IMG/VR virus record: IMGVR_UViG_3300008261_000015
Reading direction: 5' to 3' (one strand)
DNA: 64,000 nucleotides
From: an uncultured virus (IMG/VR IMGVR_UViG_3300008261_000015)
Taxonomy: Duplodnaviria; Heunggongvirae; Uroviricota; Caudoviricetes
Of this stretch, positions 16,290-26,756 are shown piece after piece. The notes under the pieces were generated by a model. It made no database searches and had not been told where the DNA came from. It saw nothing but the letters and a program-made list of their open reading frames with translations. Within the stretch, counting starts at the first letter, position 1. Every line of letters starts with the position of its first letter. The position numbers and the translations under genes are program-made.

Positions 16290-16891
16290 ATACTACAAAT
16301 CTAGCAGCAAAACTACCAAAGGCAGCATCTACTTATATGGTGCAGATTGTTGAAAAATACAACATTAAAAACCCTTTACATCTCGCGCATTTTCTAGCAC
16401 AGATCGGTCATGAATCGGGAAACTTTCAATATGTTTCTGAGAACCTAAACTATTCTGCTGATGGCCTTAGAAAGATATTCCCTAAGTACTTTGCTGACAA
16501 CATTACTGCAATGAAGTACGCTAGAAATAGCGAGGCTATTGGGTCTAGAGTTTATGCAAATAGAATGGGAAATGGAGATGAGGCTTCTAAGGAAGGATTC
16601 AAATTCCGTGGTAGAGGGTATATCCAGTTAACTGGAAAAGCAAATTACAAGGCATTTTCTGACTTCATTAAAGAAGACTGTGTTGCAAACCCAGATCTAG
16701 TAGCGACAAAGTATCCTATGGACTCAGCAATTTGGTTCTTCGACAAGAATAAACTTTGGGACATTTGCTCAAAAGGTGCTGACGATGCTACAGTAACCGC
16801 GGTTACTAAAAGAGTAAATGGCGGTACACATGGACTTGCTGACAGAATTGCTAAATTTAAATTGTACTATTCACTCTTAGAGCAAGCTTGA
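16286..16891 (+). CDS. endolysin, glycoside hydrolase family 19
   Basis: AHFLAQIGHESG, ENLNYS, YANRMGNG, FRGRGYIQLTG..NY, TKRVNGG..GL.DR. Confidence 0.93.
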   Translation: MNTTNLAAKLPKAASTYMVQIVEKYNIKNPLHLAHFLAQIGHESGNFQYVSENLNYSADGLRKIFPKYFADNITAMKYARNSEAIGSRVYANRMGNGDEASKEGFKFRGRGYIQLTGKANYKAFSDFIKEDCVANPDLVATKYPMDSAIWFFDKNKLWDICSKGADDATVTAVTKRVNGGTHGLADRIAKFKLYYSLLEQA

Positions 16892-16892
16892 T

Positions 16893-17426
16893 ATGAAAGA
16901 TGAAGTTCTAAAAGGATTGGTATTTTTTGCTTTAGGATGCATTGTGGCAGTTTTGCTTTATCCTTCTGATGAGTATGAAAGTACTTATAAAGTTGTGACA
17001 GAGGTAAGAACTGACACCGTGTACAATGAAAGTGTCGACACTATTTATGTGCCAAAAACTAAGATTAAAACAGAGTTTTTAAGGGATACAATCTTGGTTG
17101 ATTACAAGCCTACTATTAATGCATTTGAGACTACTTTTCCATTTGAATATGGAAGTACACAGGTTAGCGGAGAAGTGCTTGGAGAGGTACTTAAAATGAC
17201 CGCTAAGACTGAGTATAGTGTACCAGTGGTTACGAACACAATTACGAATACAGAAACCAATACTATTGTACAAAAGCCAAAAGGTTTGTATATTGGCGCA
17301 GGAATTAACTCTTTGCTCCAGCCTAGCGGTAAAGTGGCTTACTTAGACAACAAGTATTTGTTCGAGTACCAATACCAACCGCTGCAAAAGATGCATCAAA
17401 TCGGGGTTAGTAAAAGAATTTTCTAA
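16893..17426 (+). CDS. spanin-like membrane-anchored protein
   Basis: N-terminal hydrophobic anchor, DT-rich stalk, C-terminal beta strands; follows endolysin. Confidence 0.55.
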   Translation: MKDEVLKGLVFFALGCIVAVLLYPSDEYESTYKVVTEVRTDTVYNESVDTIYVPKTKIKTEFLRDTILVDYKPTINAFETTFPFEYGSTQVSGEVLGEVLKMTAKTEYSVPVVTNTITNTETNTIVQKPKGLYIGAGINSLLQPSGKVAYLDNKYLFEYQYQPLQKMHQIGVSKRIF

Positions 17427-17444
17427 AAAATATATTTAAATCAA

Positions 17445-17675
17445 ATGGCACAAATTGAAAAACAACAACTAGACAAGATTCACAACTTGCGTAGAGCTTA
17501 CGCTACCGCTAAACTTAGAATCGCAGAAATCGAGATTGAGAAGCAGGGTCTATTTATTGATCTAGCGTCAATCGCTGGTAAAATCACAGAGGAAGAAGAC
17601 GCTATCAAAACTCAGTTTGGAAGCGATGCAGTCATCGACCTCAAGACTGGGGAGGTTACTAATGCTAATTCGTAA
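17445..17675 (+). CDS. small coiled-coil protein
   Basis: helical, ends G....IDLKTGE. Confidence 0.65.
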   Translation: MAQIEKQQLDKIHNLRRAYATAKLRIAEIEIEKQGLFIDLASIAGKITEEEDAIKTQFGSDAVIDLKTGEVTNANS

Positions 17676-17895
17676 GGTATCTATTGGACCAGACTACAAG
17701 AGCAGTGCAATGCACTACGTTGTTGGTCAGCCCGTCTTTAATGAAATGTACAGGATACATGATATTAGAGAGAAGGATGGACGAGTGTCAATCTATGTGA
17801 TTCACGGAGAAGATGGTTCTGGAGAAATTTATCTCTGGAAGACCTTTAACCAGAACATGGCTATAACCTTCGAGTTTAATCTTGATTTTGAATGA
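17662..17895 (+). CDS. conserved hypothetical protein
   Basis: MLIRKVSIGPDYK..AMHY.VGQ; ATG at 17662. Confidence 0.65.
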   Translation: MLIRKVSIGPDYKSSAMHYVVGQPVFNEMYRIHDIREKDGRVSIYVIHGEDGSGEIYLWKTFNQNMAITFEFNLDFE

Positions 17896-18470
17896 GGTCA
17901 CCATTTCACTTTATCGTAGAGCCAGTTGGTGGATCTAGGTATGATAACGTGAAGAGCATCGGTGGAATAGACTTTATCACAAGCTCTTCTAAGGAGGATC
18001 ACAAGGCGTCTAACAGACACGCTAAGGTACTTGCTACCCCTATTGGGTATGAAGGAGAGGTTATGCCTGGAGACATCGTTATTGTGCATCACAACGTGTT
18101 TAAGTACTACAACGACATAAAAGGTAACGAGAGAAGTGGTCGTGCATTTCTGGGAGAAGGAATCTTTCTAATTGACGACGATCAGTTTTACTTGTATAAA
18201 AGAGATGGAGACTGGCAGGCACACTCTAGGTATTGCTTTGTAATACCAGAGAAAAGACAAGACAACTTCATTATGAAGAAACTAGGTACCGAAGAGTACT
18301 TACGTGGCACGTTAGCATATCCAAACAGAGAACTTATTGATAAGGGGTTGAAGAAGGGGGACAAAGTTGGTTTCCTTCCTGAGAGTGAATATGAGTTCCA
18401 GATAGATGACGTTACTATGTATCGGATGTATTCTAAAAACATTTGCTTAGAATTAAATGGAGATAAATGA
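17892..18470 (+). CDS. tandem double GroES-like co-chaperonin
   Basis: two GroES-like units: FIVEP...AKVLATP...V.PGDIVIV and CFVIP...GTLAY...GLKKGDKVGF....YEF.ID....YRM. Confidence 0.6.
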   Translation: MRSPFHFIVEPVGGSRYDNVKSIGGIDFITSSSKEDHKASNRHAKVLATPIGYEGEVMPGDIVIVHHNVFKYYNDIKGNERSGRAFLGEGIFLIDDDQFYLYKRDGDWQAHSRYCFVIPEKRQDNFIMKKLGTEEYLRGTLAYPNRELIDKGLKKGDKVGFLPESEYEFQIDDVTMYRMYSKNICLELNGDK

Positions 18471-18735
18471 AGCAAAGAGAAGGATAATCAAGGCTGGCAG
18501 AAAGGCCGTTGAGCATCTTATCGAGGTTGCCGAGGAAAAGATTTTAACTGGTGATGAGACTGACTTGTCAGCAGATAAATTGAAGAACGCGGCAGCAACT
18601 AAGAAGTTAGCAATATTTGATGCGTTTGAGATTCTCGAACGTATTGAAGCAGAGCAAGAACTACTTAATAAAACAGACACTGATGAAACAGGTAAGGGAG
18701 GCTTTGCTGAGCGAAGAGCCAAAAGACACGGGTAA
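18457..18735 (+). CDS. putative terminase small subunit
   Basis: helical 92 aa immediately upstream of TerL. Confidence 0.55.
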   Translation: MEINEAKRRIIKAGRKAVEHLIEVAEEKILTGDETDLSADKLKNAAATKKLAIFDAFEILERIEAEQELLNKTDTDETGKGGFAERRAKRHG

Positions 18736-20965
18736 ACCACTTTATTCTGTCATCGAAGTTATACCCGATAAGGATAGAATTAAAGGTAATACCAAGAAGA
18801 TATACCAGTACGGGTATAATTCTGAGTACGACCTTGTGGTTATATCTAAGGACGGAACCATTGGTGAGATTTATGAAATCAATGGGCTGAAGGTGGCATT
18901 GCCAGAAGAGCCTAAGAAAGTATACAGTAGATCTGCTAAGAATGATGACCAGTACTGGGAGAGAGCAGACTTCCCGTCTGCGCTGTCTAAAATTAAGTCT
19001 ATATTCCAGTGGAACAAGATGCCTCTTCAGTTTAGAAACTCTTGGGTTGATTACATCGACCAGGAGTTTGAGAGAAGAGACAATGGTTTTTGGTTTAAGA
19101 ACAACGGAGTGTCTACATACATTACAGGTGGTCACTACATGTACCTACAGTGGTCTAGCATTGACGTTGGGTTCCCCGACTTTAGAGAGGCTAACAGAAT
19201 TCTTTACATCTACTGGGAGGCTTGCAAGGCTGACCCAAGATCATTTGGAATGGTGTACCTAAAGATTCGTCGTTCTGGATTTTCATACATGGCTGACGGA
19301 GAGATTGTCAACATGGGTACGAACATTCACAATGGACGTATAGGGATACTGTCAAAGACTGGTCCTGATGCGAAGACCATGTTTACAGACAAGGTAGTAC
19401 CAACATTCAGGAACTACCCATTTTTCTTCAAGCCTATCCAGGATGGTATGGACAATCCAAGAACTGAGCTTGCGTTTAGAATCCCATCGTCAAAGATTAC
19501 TGCAAAGAACTTTAAGACGATGCACGATGATGAGGAGCCAGAGGAAGGACTTAACACTACGATTGACTGGAAGAACACCGCGGACAACAGTTACGATGGT
19601 GAGAAGCTGCAACTACTTGTACATGATGAAAGTGGGAAGTGGTCTCAGCCAAATAATATTTTGAATAACTGGCGTGTAACAAAAACATGTCTTCGATTAG
19701 GTAGAAAGATTATTGGAAAGTGTATGATGGGTTCAACGTCAAACGCGTTAGATAAAGGTGGCGAGAACTTCAAGAAGTTATATGAGGACTCTAACCCAAG
19801 AAGACGTTCGGATAACGACCAGACTAAGTCAGGTCTTTATGCGTTGTTTGTTCCGATGGAGTGGAACATGGAAGGCTTCATTGATAAGCATGGCATGCCA
19901 ATATTTAGAAAGCCTGAAAAGCCTGTTTTAGGCGTCGATGGAGAGATGATAAACTTAGGGGCTGTAGACTATTGGGAGAACGAAGTTAATGCCCTGAAAA
20001 GCGACCCTGATGCCTTGAACGAATTCTATCGTCAGTACCCACGGACAGAGTCTCACGCGTTCAGAGATGAGAGTAAGCAGTCGATATTTAACTTGACTAA
20101 GATCTACACTCAGATTGACTTCAACGACAGTTTGATTGCTGGTAGCTTTACGACTAGAGGGTTCTTTAGTTGGAGAGACGGAAAGAAAGACACTGAGGTT
20201 ATCTGGACTCCAGACCCACGAGGAAGGTTTAACATATCATGGGTGCCTCCACGTGGTTTACAGAATAGAGTTGAAAGAAAGGGTGACTTGTTCTACCCAA
20301 TGAATGAGCACATCGGTGCGTTCGGTTGTGACTCCTACGATATCTCAGGAACCGTAGATGGTTTCGGATCTAACGGTGCACTGCACGGACTAACTAAGTT
20401 CAACATGGAGGATGCTCCAAGCAACGAGTTCTTCCTTGAGTACGTTGCTAGACCTCAGACGGCAGAGATATTCTTCGAGGAGGTACTGATGGCTTGCTTC
20501 TTTTACAGTATGCCAGTACTAGCAGAAAACAACAAGCCCAGGTTACTATATCACTTTAAGAATAGAGGGTACAGACACTTCTGTTTGAATAGACCTGACA
20601 AGCCGTTGTCAAAGCTATCTACTACAGAAAGAGAGCTAGGTGGTATACCTAACTCAAGTGAGGATGTTAGACAGGCACACGCGTCAGCGATTGAGACGTA
20701 TATTGAGAAGTACGTTGGCTTTGATTTTGAGTCGACGTATAGAGACCCTTCAGAGATGGGTTCGATGTACTTCAACAGAACTTTAAATGATTGGGCTAAA
20801 TTTGATATCAGTAACAGAACAAAGTACGATGCGTCTATTAGCTCTGGATTATCCATTATGGCTAATCAAAAACACATGTATCAGCCTGAAAGAAAAGAGT
20901 CAAAAATAAGCATTAAATTTGCAAGATACAAGAACAATGGGACAACCAGTCAAATAATTAGCTAA
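18728..20965 (+). CDS. terL: terminase large subunit (start uncertain: ACG 18728 or ATG 18683)
   Basis: KIRRSGFS Walker A variant, LLVHDESGKW Walker B, MGST, C-terminal nuclease FGCDSYD...ENN...YDA. Confidence 0.9.
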   Translation, partial: TGKPLYSVIEVIPDKDRIKGNTKKIYQYGYNSEYDLVVISKDGTIGEIYEINGLKVALPEEPKKVYSRSAKNDDQYWERADFPSALSKIKSIFQWNKMPLQFRNSWVDYIDQEFERRDNGFWFKNNGVSTYITGGHYMYLQWSSIDVGFPDFREANRILYIYWEACKADPRSFGMVYLKIRRSGFSYMADGEIVNMGTNIHNGRIGILSKTGPDAKTMFTDKVVPTFRNYPFFFKPIQDGMDNPRTELAFRIPSSKITAKNFKTMHDDEEPEEGLNTTIDWKNTADNSYDGEKLQLLVHDESGKWSQPNNILNNWRVTKTCLRLGRKIIGKCMMGSTSNALDKGGENFKKLYEDSNPRRRSDNDQTKSGLYALFVPMEWNMEGFIDKHGMPIFRKPEKPVLGVDGEMINLGAVDYWENEVNALKSDPDALNEFYRQYPRTESHAFRDESKQSIFNLTKIYTQIDFNDSLIAGSFTTRGFFSWRDGKKDTEVIWTPDPRGRFNISWVPPRGLQNRVERKGDLFYPMNEHIGAFGCDSYDISGTVDGFGSNGALHGLTKFNMEDAPSNEFFLEYVARPQTAEIFFEEVLMACFFYSMPVLAENNKPRLLYHFKNRGYRHFCLNRPDKPLSKLSTTERELGGIPNSSEDVRQAHASAIETYIEKYVGFDFESTYRDPSEMGSMYFNRTLNDWAKFDISNRTKYDASISSGLSIMANQKHMYQPERKESKISIKFARYKNNGTTSQIIS

Positions 20966-23403
20966 TGCGGAAAGAGTCGAATATTGACATATCACCTATG
21001 CAGTTTCCTAGCCAGCTTGCCTCCGATGCGGAGAAAGCAAGTTTGGAGTTTGGATTACGAGTAGGCCAAGCCATTCAATACGAATGGTTTAGGAGAGACA
21101 GCGGATCTGCGAGATACTATAACCAATGGAAAGACTTTAATCGTCTAAGGTTGTATGCTCGTGGTGAGCAGTCGATTCAGAAATATAAGAACGAGCTTGC
21201 TATTGATGGTGACCTTTCTTACTTGAATATTGACTGGACCCCAGTTCCAATTATACCTAAGTTTGTCGATATCGTTGTGAACGGTATGTCTGACAGACTT
21301 TTTACAGTTAAAGCCTACGCGCAAGACGCTTTGTCTGCGGACAAGAGAAATCAATTCCAAGATATGATCGAGGGAGAGATGGCGGCAAAAGAGGTGTTGA
21401 TGGAGGTTCAGGATAAGTTTGGAGTTGATCCATTTATGGTTAGTCCAGAAGACTTGCCTAACGATGATCAGGAGTTGTCTTTGTTTATGCAGCTTAACTA
21501 TAAGCCTGCTATCGAGATTGCTGAAGAAGAGGCGATTAATACAATTCTTTTAGACAATCATTACGATGATATCAAGAGAAGATTTGATTACGACTTAGCT
21601 GTTCTTGGTATTGCTGTTGGTAAGCATGAGTTTCTTCCTGGAGAAGGAGTTAAACTTAATTATGTTGACCCAGCTAACGTGGTTTATAGTTATACTGAAG
21701 ACCCATACTTTAGAGATTGCTTCTACTGGGGAGAGATTAAGACTGTTCCAATGACGGAGCTAGTTAAGATTAAGCCTAACATTAGTAAGGAAGAATTAGA
21801 GATCATCTCAAAGACTAGCCAGTCGTGGGGCGAGTACTACTCAGTATCTAGATTCTATTCTGACGATGTATTCTCAAGAGACACCTGTACTCTTCTTTAT
21901 TTTAACTACAAGACTACTAAGACTTACGTTTACAAGAAGAAGATTCTAGATGGTAACGCCGCTAGAGTAATTGAGAAGGATGATACTTTTAACCCTCCTA
22001 TTGAAATGATGGAGGAAGGTAGATTTGAAAGAATTGAGAAGACCATCGATGTATGGTATGAGGGCGTAATGGTGGCGGGTACTCAGATTGTACTTAAGTG
22101 GCAGTTGATGGAGAACATGGTTCGTCCTAAGTCTGCATCACAGATGGCTCTGCCAAACTACATTGCTGTTGCACCAAGAATGTACAAGGGAACGATTGAG
22201 TCTTTGACTAGACGAATGATTCCTTTTGCTGACCTTATCCAAATCACTCACTTGAAGTTACAGCAAGTAATTTCTAGAATGGTACCAGATGGCGTGTTTA
22301 TTGACGCAGATGGTCTCAATGAGGTTGACCTTGGTAACGGAAATGCTTACAATCCAGAGGACGCTCTAAGACTATACTTCCAGACTGGTAGTGTTGTTGG
22401 TAGAAGTTACACTGGTGATGGAGACTTCAATAATGCACGAGTTCCAGTCCAGCCTCTCACGGGTACTACGGGGCAGTCTAAGATGTCCGCGTTGATAAAC
22501 AACTACAACCATTACCTTGAGATGATTCGAAGCGTGACGGGTCTAAATGAGGCTCGTGACGGAAGTGATCCAGATCCACGTGCGTTGGTTGGCGTACAGA
22601 AGCTTGCAGCTCTTAATTCTAACACTGCGACAAGACACATTCTTGACGCTGGTTTGTTTATGACTAAGACATTTGCCGAAGCCTTGAGTGTTCGTGTTTC
22701 TGACATTCTTGAGTATGCTGACTTTGCAGAGGAGTTTGCTATGCAGATTGGTAAGTACAATGTTAGTATCCTAAGAGAAATTAAGGACTTGTACTTGCAC
22801 GACTTTGGAATCTTTATTGAAGTATCTCCAGACGAAGAGCAGAAGGCACAACTTGAGCAGAACATCCAAGTGGCCTTGGCTAAAGGTGATATTAATCTTG
22901 AAGATGCTATTGACATTCGGGAGATTAAGAATATTAAGATGGCTAACCAACTTCTAAAGGTTAAGAGAGCTAAGAAGCTGGATACTGACCAGAAGAATGA
23001 CATGATGAAACAGCAGATGCAGGCTCAAATCAACATGCAGTCTCAGGAAGCAGCAGCTCAAGCAGCAATTCAAAAAATTCAACTTGAGACCGAAAGCAAA
23101 ATTCAAATCAAGCAGGCTGAGGTAGCGATGGATCTTGAAAAACTTAAGGGTGAAGCAATGCTTAAGTTGCAGTTGATGGAGCGTGAGTTCCAGTACAACA
23201 TGCAGATTAATGGAATGCAGACTCGATTGCTTAAAGATCGTGAGCAGATGAAGGAGGACAGAAAAGACGAGAGAATCAGTAAGCAAAATACTCAGCAATC
23301 TAAACTTATCAATCAAAGAAAGAATAACTTACCTCCAATGAAGTTTGAGTCAAACGAAGACACTTTCGATGGTTTTGACCTAGCTTCATTCGAACCAAAA
23401 TAA
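20965..23403 (+). CDS. portal protein
   Basis: 812 aa after TerL, PIIPKFVDIVV, TG.N..R.G, C-terminal Q-rich coiled coil. Confidence 0.85.
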   Translation: MRKESNIDISPMQFPSQLASDAEKASLEFGLRVGQAIQYEWFRRDSGSARYYNQWKDFNRLRLYARGEQSIQKYKNELAIDGDLSYLNIDWTPVPIIPKFVDIVVNGMSDRLFTVKAYAQDALSADKRNQFQDMIEGEMAAKEVLMEVQDKFGVDPFMVSPEDLPNDDQELSLFMQLNYKPAIEIAEEEAINTILLDNHYDDIKRRFDYDLAVLGIAVGKHEFLPGEGVKLNYVDPANVVYSYTEDPYFRDCFYWGEIKTVPMTELVKIKPNISKEELEIISKTSQSWGEYYSVSRFYSDDVFSRDTCTLLYFNYKTTKTYVYKKKILDGNAARVIEKDDTFNPPIEMMEEGRFERIEKTIDVWYEGVMVAGTQIVLKWQLMENMVRPKSASQMALPNYIAVAPRMYKGTIESLTRRMIPFADLIQITHLKLQQVISRMVPDGVFIDADGLNEVDLGNGNAYNPEDALRLYFQTGSVVGRSYTGDGDFNNARVPVQPLTGTTGQSKMSALINNYNHYLEMIRSVTGLNEARDGSDPDPRALVGVQKLAALNSNTATRHILDAGLFMTKTFAEALSVRVSDILEYADFAEEFAMQIGKYNVSILREIKDLYLHDFGIFIEVSPDEEQKAQLEQNIQVALAKGDINLEDAIDIREIKNIKMANQLLKVKRAKKLDTDQKNDMMKQQMQAQINMQSQEAAAQAAIQKIQLETESKIQIKQAEVAMDLEKLKGEAMLKLQLMEREFQYNMQINGMQTRLLKDREQMKEDRKDERISKQNTQQSKLINQRKNNLPPMKFESNEDTFDGFDLASFEPK

Positions 23404-23431
23404 ATTAAATAATAACTAAATTTGTAATCTA

Positions 23432-24499
23432 ATGGGAATCAAAGTAAGAGCTCTAGATGATCTAGAGCAAAAGTCTGCGCAAGAGATTGAAGCAGAAGTG
23501 CTAAGAAAACATGAGGAGCAGGTTGTTGCTTCCGAACAAGTTGAAACCACAACGGTGGTAGAGACTCCGCAAGTAGAGGATTTTGGAGATGACAAAGTCC
23601 TAGACTTTCTTGACAAAAAGTACGGCAAGAAATTTTCTAGTGTAGAAGATTTATTTGTGCCACAAAAAGATGAGTTGCCTGAAGACGTTTCCGCATTCTT
23701 GAATTTCAAGAAGGAAACAGGCAGAGGCCTTAACGATTTTGTAAGGATTAATAGTGATTTGGATTCTTTGAACCCAGATCAGTTGTTGAAAGAATATTAC
23801 TCTCAAAAGGAGAGTGATCTTGATGCTGAAGAAATCGAGTACTTGATTGCTGACAAGTTCAGTTATGATGAGGACTTAGATGACGAGAAGGACATCAAGA
23901 AGAAACAGATTGAAAAGAAAAAAGAACTTGCAAAAGCTAAGAAGTTCCTTGAGGAACAGAAGCAGAAATACAAGGCACCGCTTGAGTCAAGCTATGGTAG
24001 CCTTTCTGCTGAAGAACAAGAGGGGTTGAAAGCTTACAAGGAATATTCAGCGAAAGCGCAAAGTAGCCAGGAGCTAGAGCAGCGTCAGGCAGAGTGGTTT
24101 CTAAAGAAGACAGATGAGGTCTTCAATAATGATTTCAAAGGTTTTGATTTCAAGGTTGGAGATAAAGAGCTGAAGTTTTCACCAGGAGACTATAATGAAC
24201 TGAAGAAGACTCAGTCCAACATTAACAACTTCATTGGAAAATTTGTAAACAATGATGGGTTGATTGAGGACGCGAAAGGATACCATAAGTCATTAGCTGT
24301 TGCTATGAATCCAGAGAAGTTCGCCAAGTTTTTCTACGAGCAGGGGATTGCTGATGCTATCGAAAAAGAAGCTAAATCAAGCAAGAACATCAACTTCGAA
24401 GTCAGAAGGTCTCCTGAAGTAATTAACAAAGGTGGATTCAAGGTAACTAGCGTCGGGGAAAGCGATGGTCGCGGACTCAGAATTAGATTTAAAAAATAA
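23432..24499 (+). CDS. capsid scaffolding-like acidic protein
   Basis: E/D/K-rich 355 aa between portal and capsid. Confidence 0.65.
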   Translation: MGIKVRALDDLEQKSAQEIEAEVLRKHEEQVVASEQVETTTVVETPQVEDFGDDKVLDFLDKKYGKKFSSVEDLFVPQKDELPEDVSAFLNFKKETGRGLNDFVRINSDLDSLNPDQLLKEYYSQKESDLDAEEIEYLIADKFSYDEDLDDEKDIKKKQIEKKKELAKAKKFLEEQKQKYKAPLESSYGSLSAEEQEGLKAYKEYSAKAQSSQELEQRQAEWFLKKTDEVFNNDFKGFDFKVGDKELKFSPGDYNELKKTQSNINNFIGKFVNNDGLIEDAKGYHKSLAVAMNPEKFAKFFYEQGIADAIEKEAKSSKNINFEVRRSPEVINKGGFKVTSVGESDGRGLRIRFKK

Positions 24500-24511
24500 A
24501 CAAACAAAACA

Positions 24512-25930
24512 ATGGCAGGAACATTACAAACTGTACCTGGCTTTCAATTACAGCCAAGTGCAGAGCGAGTAGCCCTCGCAACTAACTACATTACCGACTT
24601 CAACTTCTTGAACCAGTATCTTCCTGATACCTACGAGAAAGAATTTGAGCGTTACGGTAACAGAAGCGTAGCATCTTTCTTGAGATTGGTGAGCGCTGAA
24701 TTGCCTTCCACTTCTGACTTGATCAAGTGGACTGAGCAAGGTCGTCTTCACACTAAGTACGTAAACGTAACTCAGGATGGAGCAGCAGGTGATTCCAATG
24801 CAACTTTTACAGTTCCAGCTGGTCAATTGTCTGGTAAGGGATTTGTAAATGGTAGCATTGCTATCCGTGTTGGACAAACTGTCCTTATTTCTGAAGAAGG
24901 AGCTGGAGCTCAAGGTCTAAACAAAGGTATCGTTACAGCTGTTGACTATGCAGCAAGAACTTTTGACGTAGCTTACTACGAGGTTGGTGGACAAACTTTC
25001 GCAGCAACTAAGACTGTGTCTGTATTTGTTTACGGTTCTGAATTTAAGAAAGGAACTCTTGGAATGGTTGAGTCTCTTGAGTCTGATGGCGAGATCTTCG
25101 AGAACTCTCCAATCATCATCAAAGACCACTATGCAGTATCTGGTTCTGACATGGCTCAGATCGGATGGGTAGAGGTTGAAGGTGACAATGGCCCAGGTTT
25201 CTTGTGGTACCTAAAGTCTCAGCATGAGACTCGTCTTCGTTTCGAAGATTATCTTGAGACTGCAATGATTGAAGCTATCCCAGCTGCAAACGTAACCGCA
25301 GGTGGAGCAAAAGCTCTAGGTTTCAAAGGATCTGAAGGTCTATTTGATGCAATCGGTAAGAGAGGTAACGTATGGGCTGGTGGTAACCCATCTACTTTGG
25401 ATGATTTCGATAGCATCGTATCTCGTCTTGACAAGCAAGGATCTATCGAAGAGAACGTAATCTTCTTGGATCGTCAGTTTGGTTTCGATATCGACGATAT
25501 GTTGGCAGCACAGAACAGCTACGGAGCTGGAGGTACTTCTTACGGTCTATTTGACAACGATGAGAAGATGGCCTTGACTCTTGGTTTCTCTGGATTCCGT
25601 CGTGGTTATGACTTCTACAAGTCTGACTGGAAGTACTTGAACGATCCTACCATGCGTGGTGGAATTGTAGGTGGCGGAATTAGCGGTGTTCTTGTTCCAG
25701 CTGGAACTACTACTGTGTACGACAACGTACTTGGTAAGAACGCTAAGCGTCCATTCTTGCACGTTCGTTACAGAGCTTCTGAGACTGAAGATCGTAAGTA
25801 CAAGACCTGGATCACTGGATCTGCTGGGGGTGCTGAAACTTCTAGCTTGGATGCAATGGAAGTTCACTTCTTGTCTGAAAGAGCGTTGTGCACAATGGGT
25901 GCTAACAACTTCTTCTTGTTCGAGAAGTAA
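24512..25930 (+). CDS. major capsid protein
   Basis: 472 aa, position, highly biased codons, strong terminator after it. Confidence 0.85.
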   Translation: MAGTLQTVPGFQLQPSAERVALATNYITDFNFLNQYLPDTYEKEFERYGNRSVASFLRLVSAELPSTSDLIKWTEQGRLHTKYVNVTQDGAAGDSNATFTVPAGQLSGKGFVNGSIAIRVGQTVLISEEGAGAQGLNKGIVTAVDYAARTFDVAYYEVGGQTFAATKTVSVFVYGSEFKKGTLGMVESLESDGEIFENSPIIIKDHYAVSGSDMAQIGWVEVEGDNGPGFLWYLKSQHETRLRFEDYLETAMIEAIPAANVTAGGAKALGFKGSEGLFDAIGKRGNVWAGGNPSTLDDFDSIVSRLDKQGSIEENVIFLDRQFGFDIDDMLAAQNSYGAGGTSYGLFDNDEKMALTLGFSGFRRGYDFYKSDWKYLNDPTMRGGIVGGGISGVLVPAGTTTVYDNVLGKNAKRPFLHVRYRASETEDRKYKTWITGSAGGAETSSLDAMEVHFLSERALCTMGANNFFLFEK

Positions 25931-25939
25931 TAGTAAATT

Positions 25940-25966
25940 AGGAGGGGCCGTTCGGCCTCTCCTTTT
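25940..25966 (+). terminator. intrinsic terminator
   Basis: AGGAGGGGCCG-TT-CGGCCTCTCCT-TTT. Confidence 0.8.
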
Positions 25967-25986
25967 ACCTTTAAACAAATAAGACA

Positions 25987-26271
25987 ATGGCTATTAAGAA
26001 AACAACAGCAATTAAAAAAAGTGATCCACCTAAAAAGGGATTTAATCCTACTCACACAATGATTACGGGTAAAGGAAAAAATGAGCGTTATTATCGTTAT
26101 GAGGAAGGCGGTCAAGGTATGGGCGGAATTAAAAAAGATGCTAATATCTATTTGAACCCTGCAACACAGGCCCCTACGATTAGCGAAATGGTAAGACGTC
26201 AAAGAACAAGAAAAGCAACTCCAAGTCCTGCTAAAAATTTATTGGGTGTAACTTCTAAGAAGAAAAAGTAA
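25987..26271 (+). CDS. Lys-rich basic protein
   Basis: 94 aa, K/G/P/T-rich. Confidence 0.65.
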   Translation: MAIKKTTAIKKSDPPKKGFNPTHTMITGKGKNERYYRYEEGGQGMGGIKKDANIYLNPATQAPTISEMVRRQRTRKATPSPAKNLLGVTSKKKK

Positions 26272-26272
26272 C

Positions 26273-26698
26273 ATGGCTATTCTATCTAAAGGCCCTGGAA
26301 AGGGTGGTAAGAAAAAAGACCAACCAAAATCAAAATGGGGGTCAAAAAATGGCCAGGTGGTTGCAGCTCCTGGGTATACATTGGGTCTAATGAGAAATGC
26401 GGAGCATACTAAGAACCCAACTAAGAAGATTACAATGGGTACAGGTCCTGGGGCTCCAAGTTACACTCAGCAACAAGGTATCATTGGTCCTATTAAAGCA
26501 GGTCCTGGTAAACCAGTCGCGGCTGCTCCAGTTAAGAAAAAAAGAACTGGAAGAACCGCTGTAGGTCAAGCATTATATAATGTAAAAGACACTATTGGAG
26601 ATGCTGCTTATGAATTAAAAAAATACAGTTTTAAAAATCCTTTTGGAGGAGGCGGAGGTCGAAGAAAAGGTGGCAAAACTTGCGCTGCTTACAGATAG
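26273..26698 (+). CDS. Lys/Gly-rich basic protein
   Basis: 141 aa, repeated GPG. Confidence 0.65.
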   Translation: MAILSKGPGKGGKKKDQPKSKWGSKNGQVVAAPGYTLGLMRNAEHTKNPTKKITMGTGPGAPSYTQQQGIIGPIKAGPGKPVAAAPVKKKRTGRTAVGQALYNVKDTIGDAAYELKKYSFKNPFGGGGGRRKGGKTCAAYR

Positions 26699-26713
26699 TA
26701 TTATTAATTAATT

Positions 26714-26742
26714 GAGGGGGTCGCTGTGACTCCCTCTATTTT
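26714..26742 (+). terminator. intrinsic terminator
   Basis: GAGGGGGTC...GACTCCCTC-TATTTT. Confidence 0.65.
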
Positions 26743-26756
26743 AACATTTAAAAATA

